Source of the DNA: a virus
Lineage: Duplodnaviria > Caudoviricetes
IMG/VR virus record: IMGVR_UViG_2866474162_000001
Coordinates: 1 to 64,000 of that record
Length of the DNA: 64,000 nucleotides
Direction: 5' to 3' (one strand)
Position 1 is the first letter of the stretch; every line of letters starts with the position of its first letter. Under the pieces are notes generated by a model. It ran no database searches. It was not told the DNA's origin and saw only the letters and a program-made list of their open reading frames with translations. Positions 27,787 to 38,736 of the stretch are shown piece after piece. The translations under genes and the position numbers were made by a program.

Positions 27787-28371
27787 ATGGCAACCGATGA
27801 CGAGTACCCGGTTCCCGGGGTTGACCAGACTCGCGCGGAGCTGGAGGCGCACGAGGAAGGCCCAGCCGGCTATGGCATGGTGTGGGTCGAGTGCGTGCTG
27901 ACCGGTGACCTGCTTAGCGCGTGGGCGTTGCTGGACGACCCGTTTCGCTTGGCATTGGTGCAGCAGTGGATCTACGCCAACCGGGAGGACGCCGACGTTG
28001 CCCGGTTCGACCGCGACGGCCTGGCGCACGATCTGTCGAGCCCGCAGTGTGTGCAGCATCCGCTATGGCCGCGCGTGCACGACGCGGTGCTTGCCGAGCT
28101 GCGGCGGGATCTGGCCGGATGGGATGCGGACCGGCTCGGCTTTCTGAGCCGGCCCCGCCCGGTCAGTCCAGGCTATGAGGTGGTGGTGCTGGGGCAGGGC
28201 ACAGAGATCAGAGTGATTGATCATTCGCGGCCGATGGTTGCCTACCCGATGCTGATGCATCTGACCGAGCGGGGTTGGCTGATTGCCCGCGCTGGTGCCG
28301 ACACTGCCCCGGTTCCTGGCTGGCCGCCCACCTTCCCGCCCGGCCGGCTCATTACCCGGCTCGACTCCTGA
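27787..28371 (+). CDS. Hypothetical protein
   Basis: 194-aa ORF with coding-like composition. Confidence 0.7.
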   Translation: MATDDEYPVPGVDQTRAELEAHEEGPAGYGMVWVECVLTGDLLSAWALLDDPFRLALVQQWIYANREDADVARFDRDGLAHDLSSPQCVQHPLWPRVHDAVLAELRRDLAGWDADRLGFLSRPRPVSPGYEVVVLGQGTEIRVIDHSRPMVAYPMLMHLTERGWLIARAGADTAPVPGWPPTFPPGRLITRLDS

Positions 28372-28570
28372 CACCGCGACGCCGTGCATAGCCACGCCGG
28401 TCACACCGGCCTCAGCGGGTGCTATGGATGTTCGTCCAAGGGCTGCGGCCGTTGGCCTCGTTGGATGCGGGGTGCGCCGTAGTGGATGGTGTCCACATGG
28501 GGGGGCCAGGGCGTAGCCTCACGTTCGGTTCGTGCTGTATCGGCTAGCGTTGTCTTGAGTTCAGCAGGAG

Positions 28571-31500
28571 TTGTCGTCGACCATGACGAGTGGTGGAAGC
28601 GCAAGGTCTGAGCGTTACCTGTACGAGCGGTTGTCGGAAAAGCTGTTTCAGCAACTGTGCAACGCCCTGCTGGTGTTGCAGTTCCCCGACGTTTCGTGCT
28701 TCCCCGTTGGGCAGAAGGACGGCGGCCGGGACGCGGTGCGCAAGGAAGGCCAGAAGCCTGGGGTGATCTACCAGGTCAAGTGGTCCAAAGACGCGGTCAA
28801 GAACCCGGTGACGTGGCTGGCTGCCACCATCAAGGAAGAGACGAAGAACATCGAGCGTCTCGTGGCCGAGGGTGCGACGGCGTACGTGCTGATGACCTGC
28901 ATCGCGGGCACGAGCGCGCCCGGCACGGGCAGAATGGACAAACTCGACGCGGAGCTCGCCGAGTACTCGAAACAGTTCGGCATCCCGATGACGTGCTGGT
29001 GGCGCGCAGACATCGACGCCCGAGTGGAAAGCGCGCCCCGGGAACTGGTCTGGTCGTTCTCGGAGATGCTGGCCGGCCAAGACGCGGTGCGGTACGTCAT
29101 TGAAGCCGACAAGATCGCCGCACATGAGCAGACTCTCCGCCGGTTGCTGCTCAGTCTGATCGCAACACAATGGGAAGAGGACGCAAAAGTCAAGTTTCGG
29201 CAGGTCGAGATGGACACCTATAACCTCCTCGACCTATATGTGGACGTCGAAGCCGTCCGCATCGCTAAACCCCGGAACGCGGCGCCGAAACCAGCAGTTA
29301 CGACCATCCACATTCCCGATGATGACGACCCTCTGCCGCGTCCTCCAGTGCACCAATATCTCGTCGACGGGACCTTGACGCCCGAGGAGGAGCAGGCGCT
29401 CGGTGGGGCCGCCCAGTACCTCCTCAACGCGACCCAGCCGTTGATCCTCGTGCGCGGCGAGCCAGGCCAGGGCAAGTCGACCCTTGCTCAGTACTTGTGT
29501 CAACTCCACCGTGCAGCCTTCCTGCCTGAAGGGGAGTACTTCGCTGGCCCGCGCCCCAAACGTGCCGTGAGCGCACCGAGGCTTCCGCTGCGAGTTGACC
29601 TGCGTGACTACGCCCGGTGGTGTTCTGGAGAGGATCCATTCGCAGAGGACGAGGCGCGATCGCCGCGCCGACGACGCCCGAGGCCGCAGCCAACGCTTGA
29701 GAAGTTCCTCGCTCACCTGATAGCGGCACGCAGCAACGGCGCTGATGTCGGAGTGGACGCCGTGATCGATGTGATTAGCCGTTTCCCGATGTTGGTCGTC
29801 CTAGATGGGTTGGACGAGGTGGCCCATCAGGACGCCCGGAAACGTATTGTGAGGGAGATCGACGAGTTCGCCGCACGACTGGGTGCCGGCGCAACCGCGC
29901 CGCAATTGATCGTGACCACTCGTCCCAACGCCTCGGGCTTGGCGGAACCTTCTGCCGACAAGTTCGAGACCATCGCGCTCGTCCCGCTCAGTCCCGATCT
30001 GCGCGCCGCCTACCTACGCAAATGGGCTGACGCGCGGGGACTGCGCGGCATGGCCCGCAGAGCGCTGGAGGGAACCTTCCGACACCGATCGATCGAACCT
30101 CACATCGCGCAACTGGCCGATAACCCCATGCAGTTGACAATCCTGCTCTATCTAATTCAAAAGCGCGGGGACTCGGTACCTGATGGACGCACTCAGCTCT
30201 TCCGTGCGTATATGGAGACGTTCCTGGACCGAGAGTCCGAGAAGAGCCGGTCCGTACATGAGCACCGCGACGACCTGGAGGAGGTCACCGCCTACCTCGG
30301 CTGGCACTTGCAGGCCTCCGCCGAGACGGACCCAGCGGCTGGCCGAGTGCCGACGAGGGCGGTCCGTAAGGCCATTTTGAACTACCTGGATGACGTAGAG
30401 AAGGACACGACACTCGTCGACGACCTCTTCACGGCGGTGACTGACCGCGTGTGGGCGTTGACCAGCAAGGTACAAGGCACCTTCGAGTTCGATATCCAGA
30501 CGATGCGCGAGTACTTCGCCGCCTCGTACCTCTGGGGATACGCTGGAGCGGACCTGCGTGGCTTTGACAAATCGACGATCCTGGGAGAACTTGTCCGACG
30601 CGCCTACTGGCTGAACACGTGCCGCTTCTTCGCAGGGTTCGCTAACCCGAACGAACTCTCCGGCCTGGTTGACGTGCTGGAGGAGGAGTTCGATGGACGC
30701 CAACGGCCGATGCAGGTCCGGCTTGCCGCCTGGACTCTGCTACAAGACGGCGTTTTCGCCAGGCAAACACGCGCCCAAAAACGTGCCACAAGGCTATTCG
30801 CTGACGACCTCAGTGTCCGCCTTATCGACGACGCCCTACGCGACAAACGCGCCTTCACCTATCCAAACCGTGCCGTCAGGGCGTTGGCTGAAGATCGCGG
30901 CGCCGGACATCTGGTCTCTCTGCTCTTGGAGAAGACCAAGGCGGACCCGAACCACAACTTAGGCCCAACCCGTATTAGTCTGGCTACACAGATCGGCGCG
31001 GATATCCATGAGTGGTGGTTGCCGCACATGGCCGCGGCTGCGGGTAGCCAAAATGAACTAGCCTGGCTCCGCTGCGGTATACCGTTCCGGGGAGCCGCCC
31101 GCCTGAAGCCGGATGAGGTGGCCCGGCTACGACTCAACTCTACAGAAGCCGCTGAAGTTGCAATCAGTTGCGGCTTGAAGGCCCCCACTGGCTCGCCACT
31201 GGAGCAGAAACTCATCCGCGCCGTCCTTGACGGGCATTGCTCCGAAGCAAGCCTTACGGCTGCCACCGGAGTGGCTGGCGACCTGATCAAGGTGCTCGCG
31301 CCGTGGCGCTTCCTGAGCAGAGCCAGGAAGCACCCAGATGGCGCACACCGAGTGAGCGTCGGTCATCGCTTCGTCGTCGGCATCTCCGACCAGTCCCGCG
31401 AGGTGGCACAGCGTCGCCTACGTGACTACGAACCCAGCTTCGACCGGGTGCTGTCCGCGATGCGGGTCGGCCGAGGCCAAGCCGGAACCACCTCCATGTG

Positions 31501-32329
31501 GAGCGACACCGCGCGGGAGCTCGCCACGCTGTACGGCCCGTGCTGGCTCGCTACCGAGATCGCGGTGATCGGCGCGGCGAGCCCCGACAGCCTCTGGACC
31601 ACAGGTGGCACCATCACCCGAGGTGCAGAACCGTTCGGGCCGGACCCCGACTACGGCAAGCTCCTCCAAGAGTCGCGCTTCAACAGATCCAACGCCGATT
31701 GGTGGAAGCACCATTTCGATACCTACGCTGACGCGCTGTCTCGGGCGAGCTGGTGCCTCGCTCTGATTGCCGTCGCCTCTGAGCCGGTCGTGCTGAGCAA
31801 CCTCGAAAGACTCGATGCGGCAGTGACTGCGATGCCGGCAGAAATGCAACGTGCTCTTAGCCTAAGTTCCAGCCGCCTAGGCGTAGCGCGCCTCGGCAGG
31901 CGCATCCGCCCTGATGTGCTACGGCGTGCTGGCTCCTTCTCCACCCTCACGGCCATGCTCGTCGCGCACCACTCTCTCGAGACCAATCGAAAACTGGACG
32001 AGCTCCAAGGCCTTACTGACCAGCAGCTCGCCGAAATGGGTCGATTCGGTGTCGCCGGTTGGCCCGGCCTGCGCGGGCTTAGCGCACGTATGTTCAAGCT
32101 TCCGTCAGCGGAGCTACTTGACGGCCTTCGTGCTCACGGCCACGATGCTGTAGTTGGCTTGGAAGGGCAGCGGGGGCCTCTGCCTCAATCGCTGCTTTTG
32201 TCGATATTGGAATCACCTGCCGACTACCCGATGGCGTGGGTTCTTGCCGCGGAGCAGCGGGTCGCGTTCAGTTTCCGGGACCGGCCGCTCGCGCAAGTAG
32301 CCGAGGCGTGGTTTCCCAGGCTCGGTTAG
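28571..32329 (+). CDS. REase-like N-terminus + NACHT/STAND NTPase (NLR/Avs-like)
   Basis: FQQLCNALL...KDGGRDA...YQVKW; Walker A GEPGQGKST; Walker B VVLDGLDE; long helical C-terminus. Confidence 0.88.
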   Translation: MSSTMTSGGSARSERYLYERLSEKLFQQLCNALLVLQFPDVSCFPVGQKDGGRDAVRKEGQKPGVIYQVKWSKDAVKNPVTWLAATIKEETKNIERLVAEGATAYVLMTCIAGTSAPGTGRMDKLDAELAEYSKQFGIPMTCWWRADIDARVESAPRELVWSFSEMLAGQDAVRYVIEADKIAAHEQTLRRLLLSLIATQWEEDAKVKFRQVEMDTYNLLDLYVDVEAVRIAKPRNAAPKPAVTTIHIPDDDDPLPRPPVHQYLVDGTLTPEEEQALGGAAQYLLNATQPLILVRGEPGQGKSTLAQYLCQLHRAAFLPEGEYFAGPRPKRAVSAPRLPLRVDLRDYARWCSGEDPFAEDEARSPRRRRPRPQPTLEKFLAHLIAARSNGADVGVDAVIDVISRFPMLVVLDGLDEVAHQDARKRIVREIDEFAARLGAGATAPQLIVTTRPNASGLAEPSADKFETIALVPLSPDLRAAYLRKWADARGLRGMARRALEGTFRHRSIEPHIAQLADNPMQLTILLYLIQKRGDSVPDGRTQLFRAYMETFLDRESEKSRSVHEHRDDLEEVTAYLGWHLQASAETDPAAGRVPTRAVRKAILNYLDDVEKDTTLVDDLFTAVTDRVWALTSKVQGTFEFDIQTMREYFAASYLWGYAGADLRGFDKSTILGELVRRAYWLNTCRFFAGFANPNELSGLVDVLEEEFDGRQRPMQVRLAAWTLLQDGVFARQTRAQKRATRLFADDLSVRLIDDALRDKRAFTYPNRAVRALAEDRGAGHLVSLLLEKTKADPNHNLGPTRISLATQIGADIHEWWLPHMAAAAGSQNELAWLRCGIPFRGAARLKPDEVARLRLNSTEAAEVAISCGLKAPTGSPLEQKLIRAVLDGHCSEASLTAATGVAGDLIKVLAPWRFLSRARKHPDGAHRVSVGHRFVVGISDQSREVAQRRLRDYEPSFDRVLSAMRVGRGQAGTTSMWSDTARELATLYGPCWLATEIAVIGAASPDSLWTTGGTITRGAEPFGPDPDYGKLLQESRFNRSNADWWKHHFDTYADALSRASWCLALIAVASEPVVLSNLERLDAAVTAMPAEMQRALSLSSSRLGVARLGRRIRPDVLRRAGSFSTLTAMLVAHHSLETNRKLDELQGLTDQQLAEMGRFGVAGWPGLRGLSARMFKLPSAELLDGLRAHGHDAVVGLEGQRGPLPQSLLLSILESPADYPMAWVLAAEQRVAFSFRDRPLAQVAEAWFPRLG

Positions 32330-32552
32330 GCAGGACCCATCACGAGCGCCTGGCGCTTGGGGGCACCGGGCGGGGTGACCAGCACAGGTAGAAGGCCAGC
32401 TCACCCGTGCGGCGGATGCGGCGGATGCGCAGCCACGGGTCTCAGCGCGCGGTTTGCAGTACCCGCCGTACCTGCCTCTGCAGTTGGGCGTGCACGTCGA
32501 CATCTTTGGTGCTTGTGGGCGACACACAGGTTGCCGAGACTTCGTGCATTCG

Positions 32553-35500
32553 TCAGTCAACGAGGTAGTGGGCTTCGATGTAGGCGACGGTGGAGTCATA
32601 CGGCTCTCCCACCGGCTTCAGCATGTACCGGCGGAAGACGGCGGCGGTGGCGCGGCGGACGCCTCGGTTGCGAGCGTCTGCGTTGTCCCATGACTGGGCG
32701 AGGGTCCGGGTGACGACCTGGTCGATCTCCTCGGCCAGGTTTCTCTCCGTGACAGTGAGGCCGGACGGTGCGTGGTCGTGGATGATCCGTGACAGGACGC
32801 CTACGTGGTCGTCGTCCAGCACGACGACGGCTTCGTCGGGGTGCTTCTCGGCGTTCACGATGGCGCGGGCGATCCGAAGGGCTTCGGACAGGAACTCCAG
32901 CGCGTCCTGGGCGTTCTGGATGATTCGGTCCCGCAGCAGCCTGATCCGCTCGGCGAGGGCGGTGTACTTCGCGGACCCTGGTTCGACGCCCTTTTCGAGG
33001 GCGGCCTTGATGTGGTCCAGGATCTCCGCCGCGGACGGGGGCGTCTTGTCCTCGCCGTCGTCCTTGCCGGGCTTGGGGCGGACGAGGGACATCAGCTCTT
33101 TGAGGATGGCGATGCCCTGGGCGTCCAGGACGAGGGCTTCCTCCTGGGAGGCGACCACCGAGAAGGAGTGGACGTGGGCGTTGATGATCTCCAGGACCAT
33201 CGGCCCCAGCTCGCCCAGCCGTTCCTTCCTCTCCTCGTCGGAGGACTTCTTGAACAGGGTCGTGTACACGGACCCGAACAGCCCGAAGCCGTCCCGGTAC
33301 TTGGCGACCCGCTTGTCGCTGTTGATGAGCGGGTACAGACGGGCCAGGAGCCGGTAGTCCTTGCTGAACACCTCGGCGGCGCCGGGGTTGGCGTCCAGGA
33401 AGACGTTGATGGCTCGCACGGACTCGTAGCCGTGGACCGTGAGGTCCAGGCCGTCGACGTCCGCGAGGAGGTCTTCGATGCGGGCGAAGGTGGTGCGGAA
33501 CTCGGCGACCAGCTCGGTCAGGTCGGTGACGAACCCGCCGCCCTTCGTGCCTGCCCCTTCAGAGGTCGGGTCGACGACGGCCCGCTGGACCTCTTCGGCC
33601 AGGCCGATGTAGTCCACGACCACACCGGAGGTCTTCACGAATCCGGTCGGGGACACCCAGGTGCGGTTTGGGCGGGTGATCGTTTGGAACAAGGTGTGGG
33701 CCTTCAGCGGCTTGTCCAGGTAGAGGACGCCCTCGTTGGGGGCGTCGAACCCGGTCATCAGCTTCGCGGTCACCACCAGGAAGCACAGCGGGTCGTCCGC
33801 GGTGAGGAACCGCCGCTTCTGTTCCTCCTCTTCGGCCTCCGAGAGGCGGAACGGCCGCATGGCGGGGTCTTCGTCCTTGGAGTCCGAGACGGAGATGTTC
33901 ACCTCGGCGGTGATGCGGTCGTGCTTCCCAACCTCGGCGAGCACCTGTGAGGCCTCGAAGCCGGCCAGCAGCTCGTTGATCTTGTCCGTGTACGCCACGG
34001 CCAGCTCGCGGTTGTAGGCGACGACCTGGGCCTTGAGGCCGTTGCGGTAGGCGCCGGCCAGGTAGTGGTCCACGATGTCCTGGCAAACCGTGTGGATACG
34101 GTCGGGGTTGGCGAACACCGACGTGAGGCGTCCGAACTTGCGGGACAGGGCCTCACGGTCGGGGTCGTCGAGGTCGAAGTCGTCGGCGAACTGGTCGAAC
34201 TCGGCCTGCAACTCCTGGTCGTTCATTTCGAAGGAGACCGGGTGCGGGTCCAGCATGACTGGGACGGTCGCCTCGTCCCGCAGAGACCGGGACACCGAGT
34301 ACCGGTGCAGCACCCTGCCCGGGTCGGTCTCCTCGCCGAAGAGGGCGAAGGTGTCGGTGGCGAGGTTCCTGAGGGGGGTGCCGGTCATGCCGAAGAACTT
34401 CGCGTGCGGCAATGCTGCGCGCATTTGCCCGGCCAGGGACTTCTCTTTGTCGGACTGGGTGCGGTGTGCCTCGTCGACCAGCACGATGATGTTGTCCCGG
34501 GTCGACAGGTTCTTGCCGGCGTCGGCGAACTTGTGGACGGTCGTGGAGATGACGCCGCGCACGTCGTCGGCCAGCAGGGAACGCAACTCCTGGCTGGTGG
34601 CGGGCTGATGGAAGTAGGCGCGTCCCATCGCCGAGGTGAACACCCCGGAGGTCTGCCGGACGAGTTGGGTCCGGTCCGAGAGCAGGATGATCGTGGGCGA
34701 CTCGGTGCGGGTGTCGGCCAGCAGCAGCGAGGCGGCGAACACCATCAGCAGTGTCTTCCCGCTGCCTTGGTGGTGCCAGATCAGGCCCTTTTGGCCGCCG
34801 GCCAGCACTCGCTCGTGGATCAGGTGGGCGGCTTCCATCTGGGGGTAGCGGGGCAGGTACTTCTTGTCCACCCCGCCTCCGGCGGTATCGAAGAGGGCGA
34901 AGTTCGCCAGCATGTCCAGGACGGTCGCCGGGTTGAGCAGCAGCTCCACGGAGCGCTGAACGTCAGCCTGCCCGGACAGGTTCTCGTCGTCGGCGGTGGA
35001 CCGAAACGGCTGCCACAGGTTCAGGGGCGCGCCAACGGCACCGAATCGCAGCTTCAGCCCGTCGGAGGCGACCGCGAAGACGTTGGGGGTGAAGAACCAC
35101 GGGTACTCGGCGGCGTACACGTCGTTGATCTCGCGGGCGGCGTTAGCCCACCCGGACTTCGCGGTCGGTGACTTCACCTCGACCACGACCAGGGGCAGCC
35201 CGTTGACCCAGTACACGAGGTCGAACCGGCGGGAGGTCTTGCCGGGGACGGTGATGGTCACCTCGTCCGAGACGACAAGCGTGTTGGCGGTCGGGTGCTC
35301 GAAGTCGATGATCTTCAGGGTGTGCCACGCGCCGTCGGCGTCCCGGAACTCCTTATGCCCGCGCAGCAGGCGTAGCACCTGCTCGTTGGCCCGCACCAGC
35401 CCGCCTTCAACAGCGTTGACCGTTGCGATGATCTCCTCGACCACCGCGTCCACGTCGAACTTGTCGATCACCCCAGGGTTGAGTCGGACGATGGCGTCCC

Positions 35501-35633
35501 GCAGCTGGCCGGCGACTACCGTCTGCGTCGTCTCACGCGGCAGCGACCTGCCCGCTGTGAAACGCCAGCCCATCGGGAGGGACCACTGGATCATCAGGTT
35601 CTGGAACTCGCGCTCTCGAATGCCCTTCGCCAT
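32553..35633 (-). CDS. hsdR: Type I restriction enzyme R subunit
   Basis: DLVYWVNGLPLVVVEVK, QGSGKT, DEAH, TGFDAP. Confidence 0.95.
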   Translation of the reverse strand: MAKGIREREFQNLMIQWSLPMGWRFTAGRSLPRETTQTVVAGQLRDAIVRLNPGVIDKFDVDAVVEEIIATVNAVEGGLVRANEQVLRLLRGHKEFRDADGAWHTLKIIDFEHPTANTLVVSDEVTITVPGKTSRRFDLVYWVNGLPLVVVEVKSPTAKSGWANAAREINDVYAAEYPWFFTPNVFAVASDGLKLRFGAVGAPLNLWQPFRSTADDENLSGQADVQRSVELLLNPATVLDMLANFALFDTAGGGVDKKYLPRYPQMEAAHLIHERVLAGGQKGLIWHHQGSGKTLLMVFAASLLLADTRTESPTIILLSDRTQLVRQTSGVFTSAMGRAYFHQPATSQELRSLLADDVRGVISTTVHKFADAGKNLSTRDNIIVLVDEAHRTQSDKEKSLAGQMRAALPHAKFFGMTGTPLRNLATDTFALFGEETDPGRVLHRYSVSRSLRDEATVPVMLDPHPVSFEMNDQELQAEFDQFADDFDLDDPDREALSRKFGRLTSVFANPDRIHTVCQDIVDHYLAGAYRNGLKAQVVAYNRELAVAYTDKINELLAGFEASQVLAEVGKHDRITAEVNISVSDSKDEDPAMRPFRLSEAEEEEQKRRFLTADDPLCFLVVTAKLMTGFDAPNEGVLYLDKPLKAHTLFQTITRPNRTWVSPTGFVKTSGVVVDYIGLAEEVQRAVVDPTSEGAGTKGGGFVTDLTELVAEFRTTFARIEDLLADVDGLDLTVHGYESVRAINVFLDANPGAAEVFSKDYRLLARLYPLINSDKRVAKYRDGFGLFGSVYTTLFKKSSDEERKERLGELGPMVLEIINAHVHSFSVVASQEEALVLDAQGIAILKELMSLVRPKPGKDDGEDKTPPSAAEILDHIKAALEKGVEPGSAKYTALAERIRLLRDRIIQNAQDALEFLSEALRIARAIVNAEKHPDEAVVVLDDDHVGVLSRIIHDHAPSGLTVTERNLAEEIDQVVTRTLAQSWDNADARNRGVRRATAAVFRRYMLKPVGEPYDSTVAYIEAHYLVD

Positions 35634-35636
35634 GGC

Positions 35637-36770
35637 TCAGACCTTCCGCTCGGCGGACTCGATGTCGATGGTGCGGTCCAGCAAACCCGAGAGCAGTGCC
35701 ACGCGTGCCTGACGGAGACGTGCCGCCTCAGCACGGAGGGCGGCCACCTGCACGTCCATCGCGTCAGCCATTCCTGAGATGCGCTCCTGCTCATCGCGAG
35801 GCGGCACGGGCATAACGATCTTATTGAGGTTCGCGGCGGAGATGCGAACCACCTTGGTCTCGCTCGTGAACCGGCGCTTCTGGTGCTGAAACAGGGGTGA
35901 AGCGAAGAAGTACGAGACGAACTTTGGGTCAAGATCATGGTGGAAGATGAAACAGTCATCGTGAACCGCCACATCGTCATCACCCAACCAAGCAACAGCC
36001 TTGCCGACGTCCTCGACGTTCTCGCTCGTCCCAGCGATTACCACATCGCCGGGTTGTGCCAGGCGCATCGAGTCGCGGAAGCTCTCGGGCAGGTACGTCA
36101 CCGTGTGTGTAGCCGACGCTCCGTAGTCCGTGTAGATCTGGCCGTAGTGGATGCATCCCAGGCCGGACTGCACATAGTCGCTCTTCACGAACCGGCGGCC
36201 GCGGGTGAGGGTTCCAGCGTTCGACAACGGAGCAGACGACCATCCTTCACCGCCCCGGGTGAGTACGTGTCCCAGAGCAGCGTTACGGACTCGAAGGAGG
36301 CTGTCTGCCTCAGCCTCGAGCGCGGTGATCTGGTCATCGACGGCACCGATGATCTCGACGATCCGCTCCTGCAACGGCACCGGCGGCAAGGCGACACGAA
36401 TCTCGTAAGCCCGGCTGCGGGTCAGACCAGGAACTCCGGTCTGGGTGGCGAGCTCCGTCAGCTTCGCATTGACGAGTAGGTGGTAGGCGAACTCCATTCC
36501 TATCTGGGCGGAGTCCTTGATCAGCACATAGAAGGCGGTGTCGATGGGGGAAAAATCGCCCTCGCTGAAGGTGACGGTCCCTGAGGAACCGGTCCCCTTC
36601 CGTCCAACGATAACGCCGGGTCCCTTCACCATTGCCCGAGAGTGATAACCGACGATGCCGTTGCTCCCGTAAACGGGGAATCCTTGACCGTCCCGAGCGT
36701 TCTCAGGTAGCGGCTTGCCGTACTCAAGGGTCAGCAACTCACCGACGGTCGTCTGCCGCCACTCACTCAT
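35637..36770 (-). CDS. hsdS: Type I specificity subunit
   Basis: Two TRDs separated by PPVPLQERIV / PPRDEQERI conserved helices. Confidence 0.93.
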   Translation of the reverse strand: MSEWRQTTVGELLTLEYGKPLPENARDGQGFPVYGSNGIVGYHSRAMVKGPGVIVGRKGTGSSGTVTFSEGDFSPIDTAFYVLIKDSAQIGMEFAYHLLVNAKLTELATQTGVPGLTRSRAYEIRVALPPVPLQERIVEIIGAVDDQITALEAEADSLLRVRNAALGHVLTRGGEGWSSAPLSNAGTLTRGRRFVKSDYVQSGLGCIHYGQIYTDYGASATHTVTYLPESFRDSMRLAQPGDVVIAGTSENVEDVGKAVAWLGDDDVAVHDDCFIFHHDLDPKFVSYFFASPLFQHQKRRFTSETKVVRISAANLNKIVMPVPPRDEQERISGMADAMDVQVAALRAEAARLRQARVALLSGLLDRTIDIESAERKV

Positions 36771-38336
36771 CGAAGCCGTCGATTCCGGCGGCCGCCAGGG
36801 CGTCGAGCATCCGCTTTTCGGTCTTCTGGCGCTCGGCGCGGGCGAGGTTGTAGGTGTTGATCAGAGTGTCCAGATTCTCCTGCTTTGCGGCGCTCTGCTT
36901 AATGTACCGGCCGATGTTGAGGTCGTACCCGGCCTGAACGATCTCCGTGATGGGGACGAACCGTGCAGCCAGCCCGCCATCGCCATCCGGGTCCGCCGGG
37001 TGCCCGTCTGTGTCGAAGCTCGTGTGGTAGGCGGTCACGACGTCGGCGATGTCTGCGTCGGTGAGGATGTTGCGGTTCTTGGCCTTGGTGAACCGCTTGG
37101 AGGCGTCGATGAACAGCACCCCGTTCTTGCGCTCGTCGGTCTTGGTGCCGGGAGCGCGGAACACGAGGATGCAGGTCGGGATCGTTGTGCTGTAGAAGAG
37201 GTTCGCAGGCAGCCCGATCACGGCTTCCAGGAGGTCGTCGTCCAGGACGCGCTTACGGATCGAACCTTCCTGGCCGCTGCGGAAGAGGACTCCGTGAGGC
37301 AGGACAACGCCAGCGCGCCCCTTCTTCGGGTCCATGCTGGCGATCATGTGCTGCACGAACGCCCAGTCTGCCGCCGACTGCGGCGCGATACCGCCGATGG
37401 CGCGCGGGTCCTTTGTCCAGGGCTTCCACTTCAGGCTGTAGGGCGGATTAGCGACGATCACATCGAACTGCGCGATAGACCCGTCCGGCTTCTTGAAGCG
37501 TGGTCCTTCAGGGTGTCGCCGACCTCGACCTGGAACTGGGTGAGGTTGTGCATGAAGAGGTTCATGCGTGCCACACCCGCGGTGTCCGGTACGGCCTCCT
37601 GCCCGTACAGGCGGAGCGTGTAGCCACGCCCGCCGTGAGTCTTCAGGAGGTTCGCGGAGGCGATGAGCATGCCGCCCGACCCGCAGGTCGGGTCGTACAC
37701 CGACTCGAAGCCCTTCGGGTCTAGGACCTCGACGATCAGCTCGACGACCTCGCGCGGGGTGAAAAACTGGCCGGCGCGGGTGCCGGACCCATCGGAGAAC
37801 CGCTTCAGCAGGTACTCGTACGCCCCACCGAGCACGTCGTGGGACACGTTGCCCTCGTGCATTTTCGGGGTGCGGTCCATCGCCTGCATGACCGCCGCCA
37901 AAACCTCCCCCGACAGCACCTCTTCAGAGGTCCAGGTCATGGACCCGAACAGGCGGGAGAACTTGTCAGGGTTCGCCGTCTCGATTGCTTGCAGGGAGGC
38001 GCGGACCCGCTGGCCGAGGCCGGGCTGGGTGATGGTGGCGAGGATGGACGACCAGGAGGCGCGACGCTGCTGGACGGTGCCGGGGTGGATGAACGGGATC
38101 TCGAACGATTGGTAGTCGCGGTACTCGATCTCGTGGGCTTCCTCGGCGGAGAGGCCGTCCAGGCCCTCGTTGTCGGCCAGGAACTCCTGGTGGTGGTGCT
38201 CCCAGGTGTCCGACAGGTACTTCCAGAACATCAGCGGGAAGACGACCGAGGAGTATTGCGCTTCGGGCATCGCCACGCGCAGCTCGTCGGCGGCGTCCCA
38301 CAACCGGTTCTCGATCTCCTGCTGCGTCACTGCCAT
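36763..38336 (-). pseudogene. hsdM: Type I methyltransferase subunit split by a 1-bp frameshift near 37502
   Basis: ORF 37458-38336 carries GQFFTP and DPTCGSGG; ORF 36763-37461 carries ANPPY; adding one C (one extra G on the + strand) restores DTLKDPRFKKPDGSIAQFDVIVANPPY. Confidence 0.88.
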
Positions 38337-38736
38337 CAGTCGGGGTGTCCTTGTTCGTCAAAGGGTGGCGACCCGAAGGCCGCAGCATTCCTGCTGGCCA
38401 GCCTATTTCGGTCGGGTCCAGCACTTACACGCCGGGCGTGTCCTGCCGGGTGAGGACGCGGGGCGCTTCGCGGCGGCGTGCTTGTAGCCATCCGTGGGGA
38501 CCATCTTGTCGGTATTGGCCCTGCCCCGACCCACCATCAGGTTCCTCCCCGCGTCGGGCCCTGCGGCTGCCGCTCTCGTCGCCATCGGCCGTACGGGAGC
38601 GTCGGCCGATGGGGACGTTACAGCCGCGCCGATGAGATTGCCGCCCCGCGGTCGTCGTTTACGTTGAGCTACTTCGATTTGCGTAAGTTGCGGCAGCGGG
38701 CGACGCGACTGGTATGCGGCCGCATTGCCATTGCTT

